Of a stretch of DNA of 64,000 nt, positions 9,955-19,693 are shown piece after piece. Position 1 is the first letter of the stretch, and each line of letters starts with the position of its first letter. A program made the position numbers and the translations under genes. Origin of the DNA: Promethearchaeati archaeon SRVP18_Atabeyarchaeia-1 (GTDB lineage Archaea > Asgardarchaeota > Atabeyarchaeia > Atabeyarchaeales > Atabeyarchaeaceae); contig CP147779.1 in NCBI GenBank assembly GCA_037308085.1, positions 2,304,001-2,368,000 on the forward strand. Direction: 5' to 3'. The notes under the pieces are model-generated. The model was given only the letters and a program-made list of their open reading frames with translations, was not told the DNA's origin and did no database searches.

Positions 9955-10896
9955 TTGGGTTTTACTGCCAGTTTGACGATCAAGGACTTAGATGTTCATG
10001 TGACATTTCCATGGGGAATCAGTATTGTAAGCAATATGGCTTTCCCTGACATGGTGCAAGGGGACGACAAATACCTCAACGCCATGAAGATAATCGGAGA
10101 GGATCCGTTCTTTGACGGAATCGAAATCCCGAAGCCTTCCGACCATCTATGGGATAAGATTGAGGACATGCTTGAAGAACAAGACAAGGTTGCGATTCTG
10201 GGTGCTCAGACCGAGGTCATCACCCACGGGCTGAATATCAGCGCGCTGGGAGAAGAGGAACGCAAGAAGGCGGTTGAAGGACTAGGCAAGATAATCGAGG
10301 ATGCCGGGGGTCATGGCATCTGGATAGTCGCTCTGTGCTCTGGTCCTGACCCTGGACCAAGCAATAGAAAAGAGTCGACAGGCAAGCTTGTCGAATCTCT
10401 CAACGAGCTTTGCCAAAAAGCGGAGGACTGCGGAGTCAACCTTCTTCTGGAAACCTTCGACAGAACCATGGATAAGAAGCTGTTGATAGGACCGATGGAC
10501 GAAGCCATCAAGGTAGTATCGGAAGTCAGGGAGAACCACGATGATCTTGGCTTAATGTGGGATCTCAGCCACGGCCCACTCCTAAATGAGAAACCGGAAG
10601 TCCTAAGGAAAACCGGTGAACTACTCGAACACGTACACATAGGCTGCTCTAAGAAGGTGGATAATGGGGGGCTACTCGACCATCACCCCGGCTTCTACAG
10701 CAAGAACTCCATCAACAATGAAGATGACGTTGCGGACCTGCTTGAAGAACTCCAAGCCATAGACTACTTTGGGTTCGTGGGTTTTGAAGTCAAGCCTCAG
10801 GAGTTTCAATCAAGCAGAGAAGTAATAAGCACCGCCAAGAGTGTTTTGGTCGAAGCTTTTGAGAAAACAGTCCCAAGAATATTCGCAAAAAGATGA
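9955..10896 (+). CDS. Sugar phosphate isomerase/epimerase (xylose isomerase-like TIM barrel)
   Basis: LLETFDR, WDLSH, HVHIG and GFE metal-binding pattern. Confidence 0.8.
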   Translation: MGFTASLTIKDLDVHVTFPWGISIVSNMAFPDMVQGDDKYLNAMKIIGEDPFFDGIEIPKPSDHLWDKIEDMLEEQDKVAILGAQTEVITHGLNISALGEEERKKAVEGLGKIIEDAGGHGIWIVALCSGPDPGPSNRKESTGKLVESLNELCQKAEDCGVNLLLETFDRTMDKKLLIGPMDEAIKVVSEVRENHDDLGLMWDLSHGPLLNEKPEVLRKTGELLEHVHIGCSKKVDNGGLLDHHPGFYSKNSINNEDDVADLLEELQAIDYFGFVGFEVKPQEFQSSREVISTAKSVLVEAFEKTVPRIFAKR

Positions 10897-10971
10897 ACTT
10901 ACCGGTGACTGATCAGGCAACTTGTGGCGCCTTTTTCGACCTTAAGAGATGACTGGAGAAGTGAGGTCTAA

Positions 10972-11856
10972 ATGAAAGTTGAAGGATGTGTTACCCCGGT
11001 GGTCACCCCGTTTGACTCTGAGGAGGAAGTAGATGAAGAGTCCCTCAAGGAGATAGTTGACTATTTGGTGGATGGAGGAGCCAGCGGCCTATTCGCTGCT
11101 GGAACCGCGGGAGCATTCTATTTGATGACCCCTGAAGAACGGAAACGGGTAACGAGCATCGTGGTAGAGAAGTCGAACGGAAGAGTCCCAGTCTACGCCG
11201 GAACAGGTGGGATAACCGTCAGAGAAAACTTGGACATCGCAAAGCATGCTAAGGACGTTGGCGCTGATGCTGCAGTAATACTTACACCTTACTACGTTAA
11301 GGTCGAAGATGAGGAGCTCTTTCAATACTTTACGACCTTCGCCAATGCCGTTGACATGGAAGTCATACTCTACAATAATCCATCAAGAGCGGGGAACAAC
11401 ATATCACCAGCGCTGCTTGAGCGAATTGTCAACGAGAACAGCAATGTAATTGCCCTCAAAGACAGTAGCGGAGACCTTGCTCAGTACGGCGAGTACGTGA
11501 TGAGGATGAAGGATAAGATCTCCTTGGTGAGTGGCAAGGACGAGCTAATGCTGGCATCCTTAGCTATGGGCGGGAACGGAGTTGTAAGCGCTGTAAGCAA
11601 CATCGTTCCTGAACTCGTATCACAGATCTTTGCTTCGTTCGAGAGGGGTGACATAAGGAAAGCTCAGGAAATACAGAGCAAGTGCTCCACACTGAAGAAG
11701 TCCTTCGGTGGAGCAGCTTACCCAGCACCAATCCTTGCGGCTCTAGATCTCCTAGGAATGAGGGCTGGCAGACCAAGATCGCCAGTGCTGCCCTTGAAAA
11801 ATGAACAAAAAGAAAATATCAGGCAGGCGCTGAAGAGCATCGGAAAGCTACATTGA
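10972..11856 (+). CDS. dapA: DapA/NAL family aldolase (dihydrodipicolinate synthase-like)
   Basis: VTPF, GTAG, LTPYY, LYNNP and LKDSSG (Schiff-base Lys). Exact substrate uncertain; the upstream sugar isomerase suggests a sugar-acid aldolase is possible. Confidence 0.75.
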   Translation: MKVEGCVTPVVTPFDSEEEVDEESLKEIVDYLVDGGASGLFAAGTAGAFYLMTPEERKRVTSIVVEKSNGRVPVYAGTGGITVRENLDIAKHAKDVGADAAVILTPYYVKVEDEELFQYFTTFANAVDMEVILYNNPSRAGNNISPALLERIVNENSNVIALKDSSGDLAQYGEYVMRMKDKISLVSGKDELMLASLAMGGNGVVSAVSNIVPELVSQIFASFERGDIRKAQEIQSKCSTLKKSFGGAAYPAPILAALDLLGMRAGRPRSPVLPLKNEQKENIRQALKSIGKLH

Positions 11857-12037
11857 GAGCCCACAATGCGATCGGGTTAAGAGAGCTTCTTCAGGAAGCT
11901 AAGCAACGACCTGCGAAACTGATCCGTTGCGTCAAACCGGATGCCGTGCTCATTATCTGGCGAGAGCATCAAGAATTCAGAGTTCTGCGCATCAATTGCG
12001 TTCTTGGTGGTGTGCGCCATCCCTAGTCACGCGCGCG

Positions 12038-12799
12038 TCAGGATTCCAGCGATGAAGGCAAGGACGCTCCTCTTGCTGGTATCACATTTATTCCTTTTTC
12101 AGTGATTACCATGGGACTTGTCTTGGACTCATGAAGAGTTCCTCTCATCTTGACCACTGTAAGTCCTCGTTCAAACTTTCCACCGTGCCTTATCTGTTCC
12201 AGAAAGATCACGCCATCAGATATGAACTCCTCCACGTCATAGCGGCTTATCTGCCCCTTCCCGCGCCCCTCCGATATCAGGAGGGTTGTGCAACCGAGTT
12301 CTTTCAACGTGGCGATCAGCCGGTGGATGGCGTGCCGTATCGCGCCAGGTTCTTCGATGACGAGTTCAAGCCCAGGTATTGAGTCGAGTACTGCCCTCTT
12401 AGCATTCGTCGTTTTCTGGAGTTGGCTTATAGCCAACAGTAGAGTGTTCATGTTCAGGAGGCGGGTGACTTCGTCTCTGCCAGCATATGGAACCCTCGAC
12501 TTGGGCGAAGCAATATCTATTATCCCCAGTTTGCCATCTTTCTCCAGCTTCTCCAGATCCCACCCAAAACCTTTCATATCAGCTCTGACTGCTGAAGGTG
12601 ACTCTTCAGTTGTAATAAGAATACCATTCTCTCCGAACTTAGTGACACCTTCGACCAAGAATTGGATGCCCAAAATACTCTTTCCCGTGCCACATCCTCC
12701 AGTGACCAGAATGCACCTTCCTCTTGGAAACCCCCCGTGCAGGAGTTCATCGAGTTGCCCGATTCCAGAAGAAACCAAATTGCCTACCGGTTCACTCAT
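12038..12799 (-). CDS. KaiC-like (RAD55) single-domain ATPase
   Basis: SSGIGQLDELLHGG, Walker A GGCGTGKS, TEE, VLDS, VEEFISDG, KMRG. Confidence 0.92.
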   Translation of the reverse strand: MSEPVGNLVSSGIGQLDELLHGGFPRGRCILVTGGCGTGKSILGIQFLVEGVTKFGENGILITTEESPSAVRADMKGFGWDLEKLEKDGKLGIIDIASPKSRVPYAGRDEVTRLLNMNTLLLAISQLQKTTNAKRAVLDSIPGLELVIEEPGAIRHAIHRLIATLKELGCTTLLISEGRGKGQISRYDVEEFISDGVIFLEQIRHGGKFERGLTVVKMRGTLHESKTSPMVITEKGINVIPARGASLPSSLES

Positions 12800-13152
12800 T
12801 GCTCGCACCTTCTGCCATAACACCTAATACTCGAAGCCCAGCGCCAAGGGAATACTCTCCTGACGCAGGCGAGTCCAGAATCTGTCAAAGAGCTCCTTTT
12901 TTCTGATTCTCCGCTGAAAGACATAATGGGGCAATCCCATATTTAAGCTGTGAATCGTTTTCAACGCCTCTCCTCCTAGCAACGAGGAGCCGGCGCGAAT
13001 ATTATTCGAAACCAGCCAGTTGCTGTTCCACACCTCGATTCCCATCATCTGGCGTATCCCACATATTTTGGCTTTCTTTCCTCATTTCATGTCAAGTTGC
13101 GCCATCGTTATTCTACTCGGTCGCCCTGTACTCGTCTCAGACTTATCGTGTT

Positions 13153-13869
13153 TCACTCCGTAGCCGGTTGTGAGAGCCCCTCTGTTCGCTGGATCTCGAA
13201 CAACAGATCACGCAAACTTGTAGAAGAGTAAGGTAGATTCAGACTGGTAGCGACAAGATTCAGACGGTCTAACAATACTTTCAGATTATGGGCTAGCGGG
13301 ATATCCAGCGCTTCGATAGTTTTCAGATCCATTTCGACAACCGGTTTCATCGCACCAACTATTTTCATGATCAAGTTATCTTGCTCTGATATAAGTGTAC
13401 CTTCCTGGGCGCTTTGCCCGCTATCTAGGTCCAGCAGCCTGCATGTCTCCGCAAAGATCTCCTTCGCGAAAGAATCATCAGGATTACAGCTATCTGCAAG
13501 TTTCGCGTTGAAGCCTGCTAAGAAATCTACTATCTCGTCGATCTTGTCAGACACTAGTTTTGGCGCTCTTATACTAAAGAAGACAATGAATGAATAGTAC
13601 CCGAGAGCCGGTAGGCTCCCAAGGGTTCCGAAGCCTATGGCCTCTATTTCGTCCATTGTTATCACTATGCCGGCTGTCTTTCCCTTCGTTGTGTTGAGTT
13701 GTATCATGGACTGCATTGCCAGCTGATTGGCTTGCGCCTCAGCGAGGAAACCTGCAGGGTACCTTGTTATAGGCGTCGGCCCAGATGAGAGGTCGAACCT
13801 GGAAATGAATACCCCTTTGACATATCTTGATGGGATCATGTTGGACGAGCTTGCTGCCAATTCCCTCAT
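13153..13869 (-). CDS. uDENN/longin-like domain protein
   Basis: N-terminal VFISRFDLSSGPTP..YP matches the F-D-x3-GP-x5-P start of uDENN longins. Confidence 0.6.
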   Translation of the reverse strand: MRELAASSSNMIPSRYVKGVFISRFDLSSGPTPITRYPAGFLAEAQANQLAMQSMIQLNTTKGKTAGIVITMDEIEAIGFGTLGSLPALGYYSFIVFFSIRAPKLVSDKIDEIVDFLAGFNAKLADSCNPDDSFAKEIFAETCRLLDLDSGQSAQEGTLISEQDNLIMKIVGAMKPVVEMDLKTIEALDIPLAHNLKVLLDRLNLVATSLNLPYSSTSLRDLLFEIQRTEGLSQPATE

Positions 13870-13968
13870 AACCTCTCATTTTTCATTGTGCATAATTCAT
13901 AACTGCCGTGAGCTTCTCTATCTTCCGAACGCGGGATTCTGCGTGGATCACTTTTCCCCTCGGCATTG

Positions 13969-14580
13969 TCAGTACTTTAGTTGAGCCTTTGACTCCTGAA
14001 GCACGGTTAGGAGCTGGGCGATTCGAGCCTTAGTCCCAGGCGCCACAAGTTCCAGTCTATTAAGATGTCCAGACTCAATGAAGGAGCTGATTGCAAGTAT
14101 CGTTTTGTCAGCAACCGCTTCTAACTTGTCACCGGGTTCGTTAAGAGCTTCCTCTTCATGAGACTTCTCGCAAACCCTTCGCACTCCTTCGAATAGCCTA
14201 AGTGCGGCATCTCCAGGGTGTCGCCTCACATTCTGCAACTCGCTTATTATGAGGCTTCTAATAAGGGGATACGTCTCCCAGATCATCGATTTAGCTTCTT
14301 CCCCAAACATCACTATTATCCCGGTAGCACCTTCAACGCTACTCCCCTCGGTCCCAACCACACCAACTTTGCCTATTTGGGAAAAAGACATAATTGAGCA
14401 GAGAGCCTCTTTCTTCCCTGTTGAGAGTAGCAACATGGCGTCCTCGGCGACATCCTTTAGCCCTTCGCCCGCGATGAATCCCTGTGGGTAGATAAAAGCC
14501 GGAGCTGGGCCCAGGAGCATGTCAAATCTGGTCACAATCACTCCCTCGAAAAGTAATCGCTCTGGTGACCTGCGCGACAA
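13969..14580 (-). CDS. uDENN/longin-like domain protein, paralog of 13153-13869
   Basis: VIVTRFDMLLGPAPAFIYP start, with a similar beta-alpha-beta order. Confidence 0.6.
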   Translation of the reverse strand: MSRRSPERLLFEGVIVTRFDMLLGPAPAFIYPQGFIAGEGLKDVAEDAMLLLSTGKKEALCSIMSFSQIGKVGVVGTEGSSVEGATGIIVMFGEEAKSMIWETYPLIRSLIISELQNVRRHPGDAALRLFEGVRRVCEKSHEEEALNEPGDKLEAVADKTILAISSFIESGHLNRLELVAPGTKARIAQLLTVLQESKAQLKY

Positions 14581-15005
14581 TCTGGTTAACCCCCATTACC
14601 CCATCGTGCGTGCACTGCTCGAACACCGTGTTCAGCTAGTAGAGTAGTTGAAGTTCCTTTTATTTTCTTCTTACTTATCTTCTACACAGAATTGTCTCTC
14701 CGGGCTCCCTCGATGGTTAAGCGCTGACACCGAGACTCAACCATAGAACACCACATCCGCGATAGCCCTTTTCTCGCCTCGACTAGAGAAATTGGAGTCT
14801 GGCAAACAAGCTCTGGCCTGACTTGGGTCGGGAAAGGCACATCAAGCGCTAGGATGACTATGCGCATTATTAAGTTCATTTGCCTATGAACATTGTGAGC
14901 ATCGAAAGCGAGGTACGTTGATAGACTGTGCCCTGCAGAAATGACAACATTTATGATGCAGTGCGTGGTTAGCAGAAACTGACATGAGGGGGTGTTCTTC
15001 TGTAA

Positions 15006-15539
15006 ATGCCCATAATCAAAATTCTGATAATGGGTCTGCCAGCGTCCGGCAAGACAACTTTCGTCAAGCATGTCTTTGAAGGAAAGGAATTGAACGATCT
15101 GAAGGACTACATTCCGACATATGGCGTGAATATAGCATTGTATAACTACAAGGGCTCGGAGGACATTAAGATCTCAACCTTCGATTGTGGTGGTCAGACA
15201 AGTTTTATCGACACCTATTTGACTGATCAATGGGTTCCCAGACTCTTCGCGGAAGTCTCGGCTCTTTTCTTCGTGGTAGATTCGTCATCGAAGAAGACTC
15301 TCAAGGATGCCAACAAGCTTTTCCACAAGTACCTTGAGAACGTATACAAGTATTCTGAAGACGTAGTGATCCATGTACTGGCATCAAAATGGGACAAACA
15401 TACCATCACAAGAGATGAACTCAAGGAAGCATTCTCGGATCTCGACGTTCGTCCCATATCCGTCGTCGACGGTTCAGCCAGACAGGTTACGCAGGCGATA
15501 ATGGACAGGCTAATCAGCGAAAGGAAGACGAAAAAGTGA
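15006..15539 (+). CDS. Small Ras-superfamily GTPase, Rag/Gtr1-like (Arf-related)
   Basis: G1 GLPASGKTT, G2 PT.G, G3 DCGGQ, G4 SKWD, G5 ISV. Confidence 0.85.
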   Translation: MPIIKILIMGLPASGKTTFVKHVFEGKELNDLKDYIPTYGVNIALYNYKGSEDIKISTFDCGGQTSFIDTYLTDQWVPRLFAEVSALFFVVDSSSKKTLKDANKLFHKYLENVYKYSEDVVIHVLASKWDKHTITRDELKEAFSDLDVRPISVVDGSARQVTQAIMDRLISERKTKK

Positions 15540-15609
15540 CTCCCCTGCTTCTCCCATCTGCCAGCAATCATCGCTACGAGCAGGACTAGCAGGCTCTTGA
15601 CCTCCGCAA

Positions 15610-16362
15610 TTACCTTCGTCCCACCGTGAGCCTGCCAGTTCCACCGTTCCTCGATACTGGAATCCATTTGGACTCGAAGTTGGTCCTTCTCATCTTGGAT
15701 ATGCAGATCTCCTTGCTTATGAAGCCCTGTTGCTCTGCGTTTCTGAAGAGTATGACGGAATCGAGCAACTGCTGAAGAGAGGCCACAGTCTGCACGTCAT
15801 GCATTCCCTCCGTCAATATGAAGATCGAGGTTGAGTTTGACTCCTTGAGCTTGGCAACCATCACGGAAGCTAGTTGATAGACAGACTGGGGAGCCGCATT
15901 CATGAGCAATGACGACAGAATATCGACTGAAACCCTTATCCGCCTACCCCCTATCTTTTCGGTCGCTGTCGATACCGCGGCCGCTACGTGATTCAAATCC
16001 ATTGATGATCTTACAACCTTATCAATCACCTGAGGATAGGGAACATCAGTTGTCCGCCAACTGTAGCAATCAACGAACATTAGGCTGGACCTCTGCTCCT
16101 GCGTCAACTCGTCAAAGTCGAGGCCCACTTCCTGCCAACTCTCCTTGACTTCGTCAACAGATTCGTTTGAGAGAACCATCACTCCACCTTCACCAGCCCT
16201 CAACCCATCGGCTATGAATTGCAGGCAGAAAATGTGTTTCCAGCTTCCTGGAGGCCCGTACAGAAGAGTCGATGAACCCTGAGGTATTCCCCCCTCGATC
16301 AATGCATCAAGTCCTTCTATTCCTGAACTCATTCTTCTGCTCATTTCTCGCAGCTCCTCCAA
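15610..16362 (-). CDS. KaiC-like ATPase with degenerate Walker A
   Basis: SSGIEGLDALIEGG, GPPGSWKH in place of GxxGxGK[ST], KMRR. Confidence 0.85.
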   Translation of the reverse strand: MEELREMSRRMSSGIEGLDALIEGGIPQGSSTLLYGPPGSWKHIFCLQFIADGLRAGEGGVMVLSNESVDEVKESWQEVGLDFDELTQEQRSSLMFVDCYSWRTTDVPYPQVIDKVVRSSMDLNHVAAAVSTATEKIGGRRIRVSVDILSSLLMNAAPQSVYQLASVMVAKLKESNSTSIFILTEGMHDVQTVASLQQLLDSVILFRNAEQQGFISKEICISKMRRTNFESKWIPVSRNGGTGRLTVGRR

Positions 16363-16372
16363 GAGTTCCCTG

Positions 16373-16990
16373 CTAATGCTCCCATTCGTGTCCTGTCATT
16401 TCCAAGTTGTACCTAAACTCGCAGCATGAATCACCTTTCGCGGTGCACTTCGATTCGACGAAGCCCACCTTTCTTCCTAGGGAATGCTCCAAGGCACCCG
16501 CAATTACTCCTCCAGTAAAATAGCAGATACTCACTCCTATGTCCATAATCCCGCAACAGTCGGCACACTCTTCGACCTGATAAACCAACAGCTTGCCTTT
16601 CTCGAATTCAGTCAACGTCAAGAGACCGGTGCCAGTCGATTTGAATCCTGTCTGTAGCGCAGAGTACCCGGTTGAGAGTCTTGCCTCCTTGAGATTCTCA
16701 GCTTCAGCAAAATCACGGTAACCTGGGAGTTTCTGAAGCATTGGCATGCCTCCTTCTGTAAGTCCAATCCCAGTCTGCCTTCCAGCCTCGAAAAGCACGT
16801 GACCCATAGACTCAGCCAAGACCAGGGCTGCAAGCACTGGCCTCTGGTAAGTCAGTAGGTCAACTGAATCCCCAAGTTTCTCTCGGATCCTATCCTTGTA
16901 TCCTGGCGTGTGAAGCATTCTCTCAAGTTGCGCTTTCGTGAGTTCTCTAATGATCTCCTTCTCTCTCACAACACGTGCTCTCGTCGACAT
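16373..16990 (-). CDS. V4R domain protein (Bet3/TRAPP-like fold)
   Basis: REKLG, ECADC...C.F.GG.IAG and ESKC.AKGD.CCEF. Confidence 0.85.
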   Translation of the reverse strand: MSTRARVVREKEIIRELTKAQLERMLHTPGYKDRIREKLGDSVDLLTYQRPVLAALVLAESMGHVLFEAGRQTGIGLTEGGMPMLQKLPGYRDFAEAENLKEARLSTGYSALQTGFKSTGTGLLTLTEFEKGKLLVYQVEECADCCGIMDIGVSICYFTGGVIAGALEHSLGRKVGFVESKCTAKGDSCCEFRYNLEMTGHEWEH

Positions 16991-17040
16991 CTCTTAACTT
17001 TCTCCTCGCGCTCTCCTTTATTTCTTTCTTCATTGACAGA

Positions 17041-17634
17041 CTATACTGTATATCTGAATTCACAGTTTGGGTCACCTTTTGCGCAACACTTCGATTCAAC
17101 AAATCCTACTTTTCTGCCAAGAACGCCTTCTAGAGTGCCAGCGATATTTCCACCAAGGAAGTAACATACACTCTGTCCCAAGTCTCCGACTCCATAGCAT
17201 ATGGCACACTCTTCAACCTGAACCACAATCAGCTTGTTCTTCTCAAATTCGCTTAACGTTAGGAGACCCTGGCGAGTTGTTTCTGCAAAAATCTGAAGAG
17301 TCGTAAACTCATCTGAAAGCCTAGCCTCCTCCAAGTTATTGGCATCAGCAATGCTACGAAAACCCGGTTGTTTCCGTACCTCGGGCCACATTTCCTCGAG
17401 CATGTAGGTTGCGGGTCTCCTGCCTGCCTCAAAAAGGATTGGTCCCATAGACCTGCTGAGAGACAAGGCACCAAGCATGCGTTCCTGGTAGGATAATAGG
17501 TCAACCGAGTCCCCAAGTTTTTCACGAATTCCGATCTTGCTAGGTGAACTTAGCAATTTCTCAAACTGCATTCTTGCCATGGCCTTGAGGACCTTCTCGG
17601 CGATCGTGAGCAGACAACCTCCCCCAATAATCAA
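17041..17634 (-). CDS. V4R domain protein (Bet3/TRAPP-like fold)
   Basis: Paralog of its neighbours: ECAIC...CYFLGG.IAG and ESKCCAKGDPNCEF. Confidence 0.85.
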   Translation of the reverse strand: MIIGGGCLLTIAEKVLKAMARMQFEKLLSSPSKIGIREKLGDSVDLLSYQERMLGALSLSRSMGPILFEAGRRPATYMLEEMWPEVRKQPGFRSIADANNLEEARLSDEFTTLQIFAETTRQGLLTLSEFEKNKLIVVQVEECAICYGVGDLGQSVCYFLGGNIAGTLEGVLGRKVGFVESKCCAKGDPNCEFRYTV

Positions 17635-17663
17635 TCCAATCGATTAGCTATTAGCGTTGTATT

Positions 17664-18245
17664 TCATGAAATGCTACACCTGAATTCACAATAGGAATCT
17701 CCTTTAGCTTGGCATAGTGATTCGACGAAGCCGACGTTTTTTCCAATTACGACCTCCATTGCGCCAGCGAGCTGACCTCCGAGATAGTAACATACGCTTT
17801 CTCCGAGGTTAGGGAGCCCAGTGCAGGACACACATTCTTCAACTTGGAAAATGAGGAGTTTCCCTTTTTCGTATCTGACCATGTTTATAATCCCCGTACC
17901 AGTCATCTGATACATTGCTTGAACAATCGACCACTCAGTAGAGCGTTGGGCTTCCTGCAGCGTACTAGACTTATTGATACTCTGATAGTTTGGCAGCTTC
18001 TGTATCATGGATAGGGATTTCGTGGAGAGAGCCCTTCCAACTTTCTTTCCAGCTTCTGCTAGTACCGGTCCCATGGATTTGCTTAGAGCGAGTACTCCTA
18101 TCACGCGTTCTTGGTATGCCCACATGTCTATGAAATTGCCGAGCCTTTTGCGGAGCCTAGCGTTGACCTTTGGGTTCTCTATCAGTCTTTCAAACTGCCT
18201 TTCAGCTAACGCATCTAGAATATCGTCCGCTTTCAATTGAACCAC
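17664..18245 (-). CDS. V4R domain protein (Bet3/TRAPP-like fold)
   Basis: ECVSC...CYYLGG.LAG and ESLCQAKGDSYCEF. Confidence 0.85.
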   Translation of the reverse strand: MVQLKADDILDALAERQFERLIENPKVNARLRKRLGNFIDMWAYQERVIGVLALSKSMGPVLAEAGKKVGRALSTKSLSMIQKLPNYQSINKSSTLQEAQRSTEWSIVQAMYQMTGTGIINMVRYEKGKLLIFQVEECVSCTGLPNLGESVCYYLGGQLAGAMEVVIGKNVGFVESLCQAKGDSYCEFRCSIS

Positions 18246-18281
18246 GTCACTCCTTCCATGTTTTGATGTCCTTCCCTACTT

Positions 18282-18866
18282 CTAGCTTTCCCTAATCAAT
18301 CTGTTTAGATTCTCGATTTCCCTTCTATACTTGGTCCGCAGTTCTGGATCGTCTGCAAGATGTCCCCTGTTCTCGGCAGCTTTATTGATTAGATTAGTGA
18401 GTGAATCCTTCCGAGTCGTGAGTTCCGACGCGAGGAGTTTCGTTAGTCTCTGGCCCAGTCTTATGGGCGTCCTCACCGCGTCTTGGGTTTTGACTGGGGC
18501 GTAAGGTGGCTCACTGCTCTTCTGCGAGATAGGATCATCTTCACAAATCGCGGAATTTGGGAACTTGTCCATGTCGTTTTCAGCGAATGCATTCCTCACG
18601 TTCTCATGGAACCCCGAAGTACTATCCTCGTCGTGAGAAGCATCGACCAAAGCCGCGAAGATCAGTGATGGAGATTCGTTGAAGGCAGACTTTGAGGTTC
18701 CTGATGCCATGATTCTTATGTCAACGCCGCGAATCTCTTTCATGAACGCGATCATCGCCTTGAGGAGACCACTAACAAGGTAGCAGTTCACAAGTGTCGT
18801 CCTGAAACCCTCATGGTAGATGCAGATTCCATTCTTCTCTGAGACAACGCATGGTCCATGGGTCAT
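18282..18866 (-). CDS. Longin-like domain protein
   Basis: G.CIY followed by the LVSGLL.A...F..EI helix typical of Asgard-type longins. Confidence 0.55.
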   Translation of the reverse strand: MTHGPCVVSEKNGICIYHEGFRTTLVNCYLVSGLLKAMIAFMKEIRGVDIRIMASGTSKSAFNESPSLIFAALVDASHDEDSTSGFHENVRNAFAENDMDKFPNSAICEDDPISQKSSEPPYAPVKTQDAVRTPIRLGQRLTKLLASELTTRKDSLTNLINKAAENRGHLADDPELRTKYRREIENLNRLIRES

Positions 18867-19197
18867 ATATTATCACGACACAGTGATCTTAGCGATCATA
18901 CAGCAATCGCGATTTACCCCCCCAAGACTTCCTTACCCATGCAAAGTGGCCCGGTGCCGAGGGAAAACTACAGGAAGTAGCATCTACCTGGTAACAATAG
19001 GCAGAAGCAACGATAAAAACGTTGCGAGGTCATTGTGAGATCCACAATCTCCCCCATGATATTGTGGGATAAGCAGCATAGTTCACCTGCCCTTTTATCG
19101 GAATTGGTAGCATGGATGCTGCTTGGGCCCTCATCTTCGTACTTGAGGCTGGTGGGCGCAAAGCATGGACCAATAACGAGGAAGGGATTAAGAGGTA

Positions 19198-19471
19198 ATG
19201 AACAAACCGAAATACGGTGAGAAGGTCTCCACCGGGATTCCTGGGCTGGACGAACTCATCGAAGGCGGGTTCACGGAGACCGCCGAAGGGTCGTCAGATC
19301 TCAGCGGGCCTGGCGTCGAGAAATTTCTAGCCACTGGCATAGTTTCTCCAACATTAGAATCTAGGGGCAATGAACTCCAGAAAGATCGCAATACGGAAGA
19401 TGAGAGCGGTCACGCACAGCTTGAAGGAATTTGAGCTGTTCATCACTGAACTGGGGATTGCCGTTATGCCA
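19198..19471 (+). pseudogene. Internally deleted, frameshifted KaiC-like ATPase remnant
   Basis: KVSTGIPGLDELIEGGF is joined almost directly to GVEKFLATGIV; KIAIRKMRAVTHS...FITELGIAV then follows in another frame. The P-loop core is missing. Confidence 0.8.
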
Positions 19472-19693
19472 ATTCAAGGAATTACATTAATCATCCTTTT
19501 CATGGATCTTCTTCAGGGGTTCTCTGCCAAACGTGAAGAGGTTGCCGATATCGGTCGAGTTGCGACAGTCGCACGAGGACCGGAGATTCATGCGCCGAAT
19601 AAGAATAGACCTTTAGTCGACTGCGACCACTATGGTAATTAGTGCCGTGGGCAATGGAGTCGTCTCACTAGCAGGCAGGAGCATCTGGCTAGG

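Noticed and set aside
12824-13048. 74-aa ORF between the uDENN gene and KaiC
   Set aside because: No recognisable motif or clear RBS; cannot be supported as a gene.
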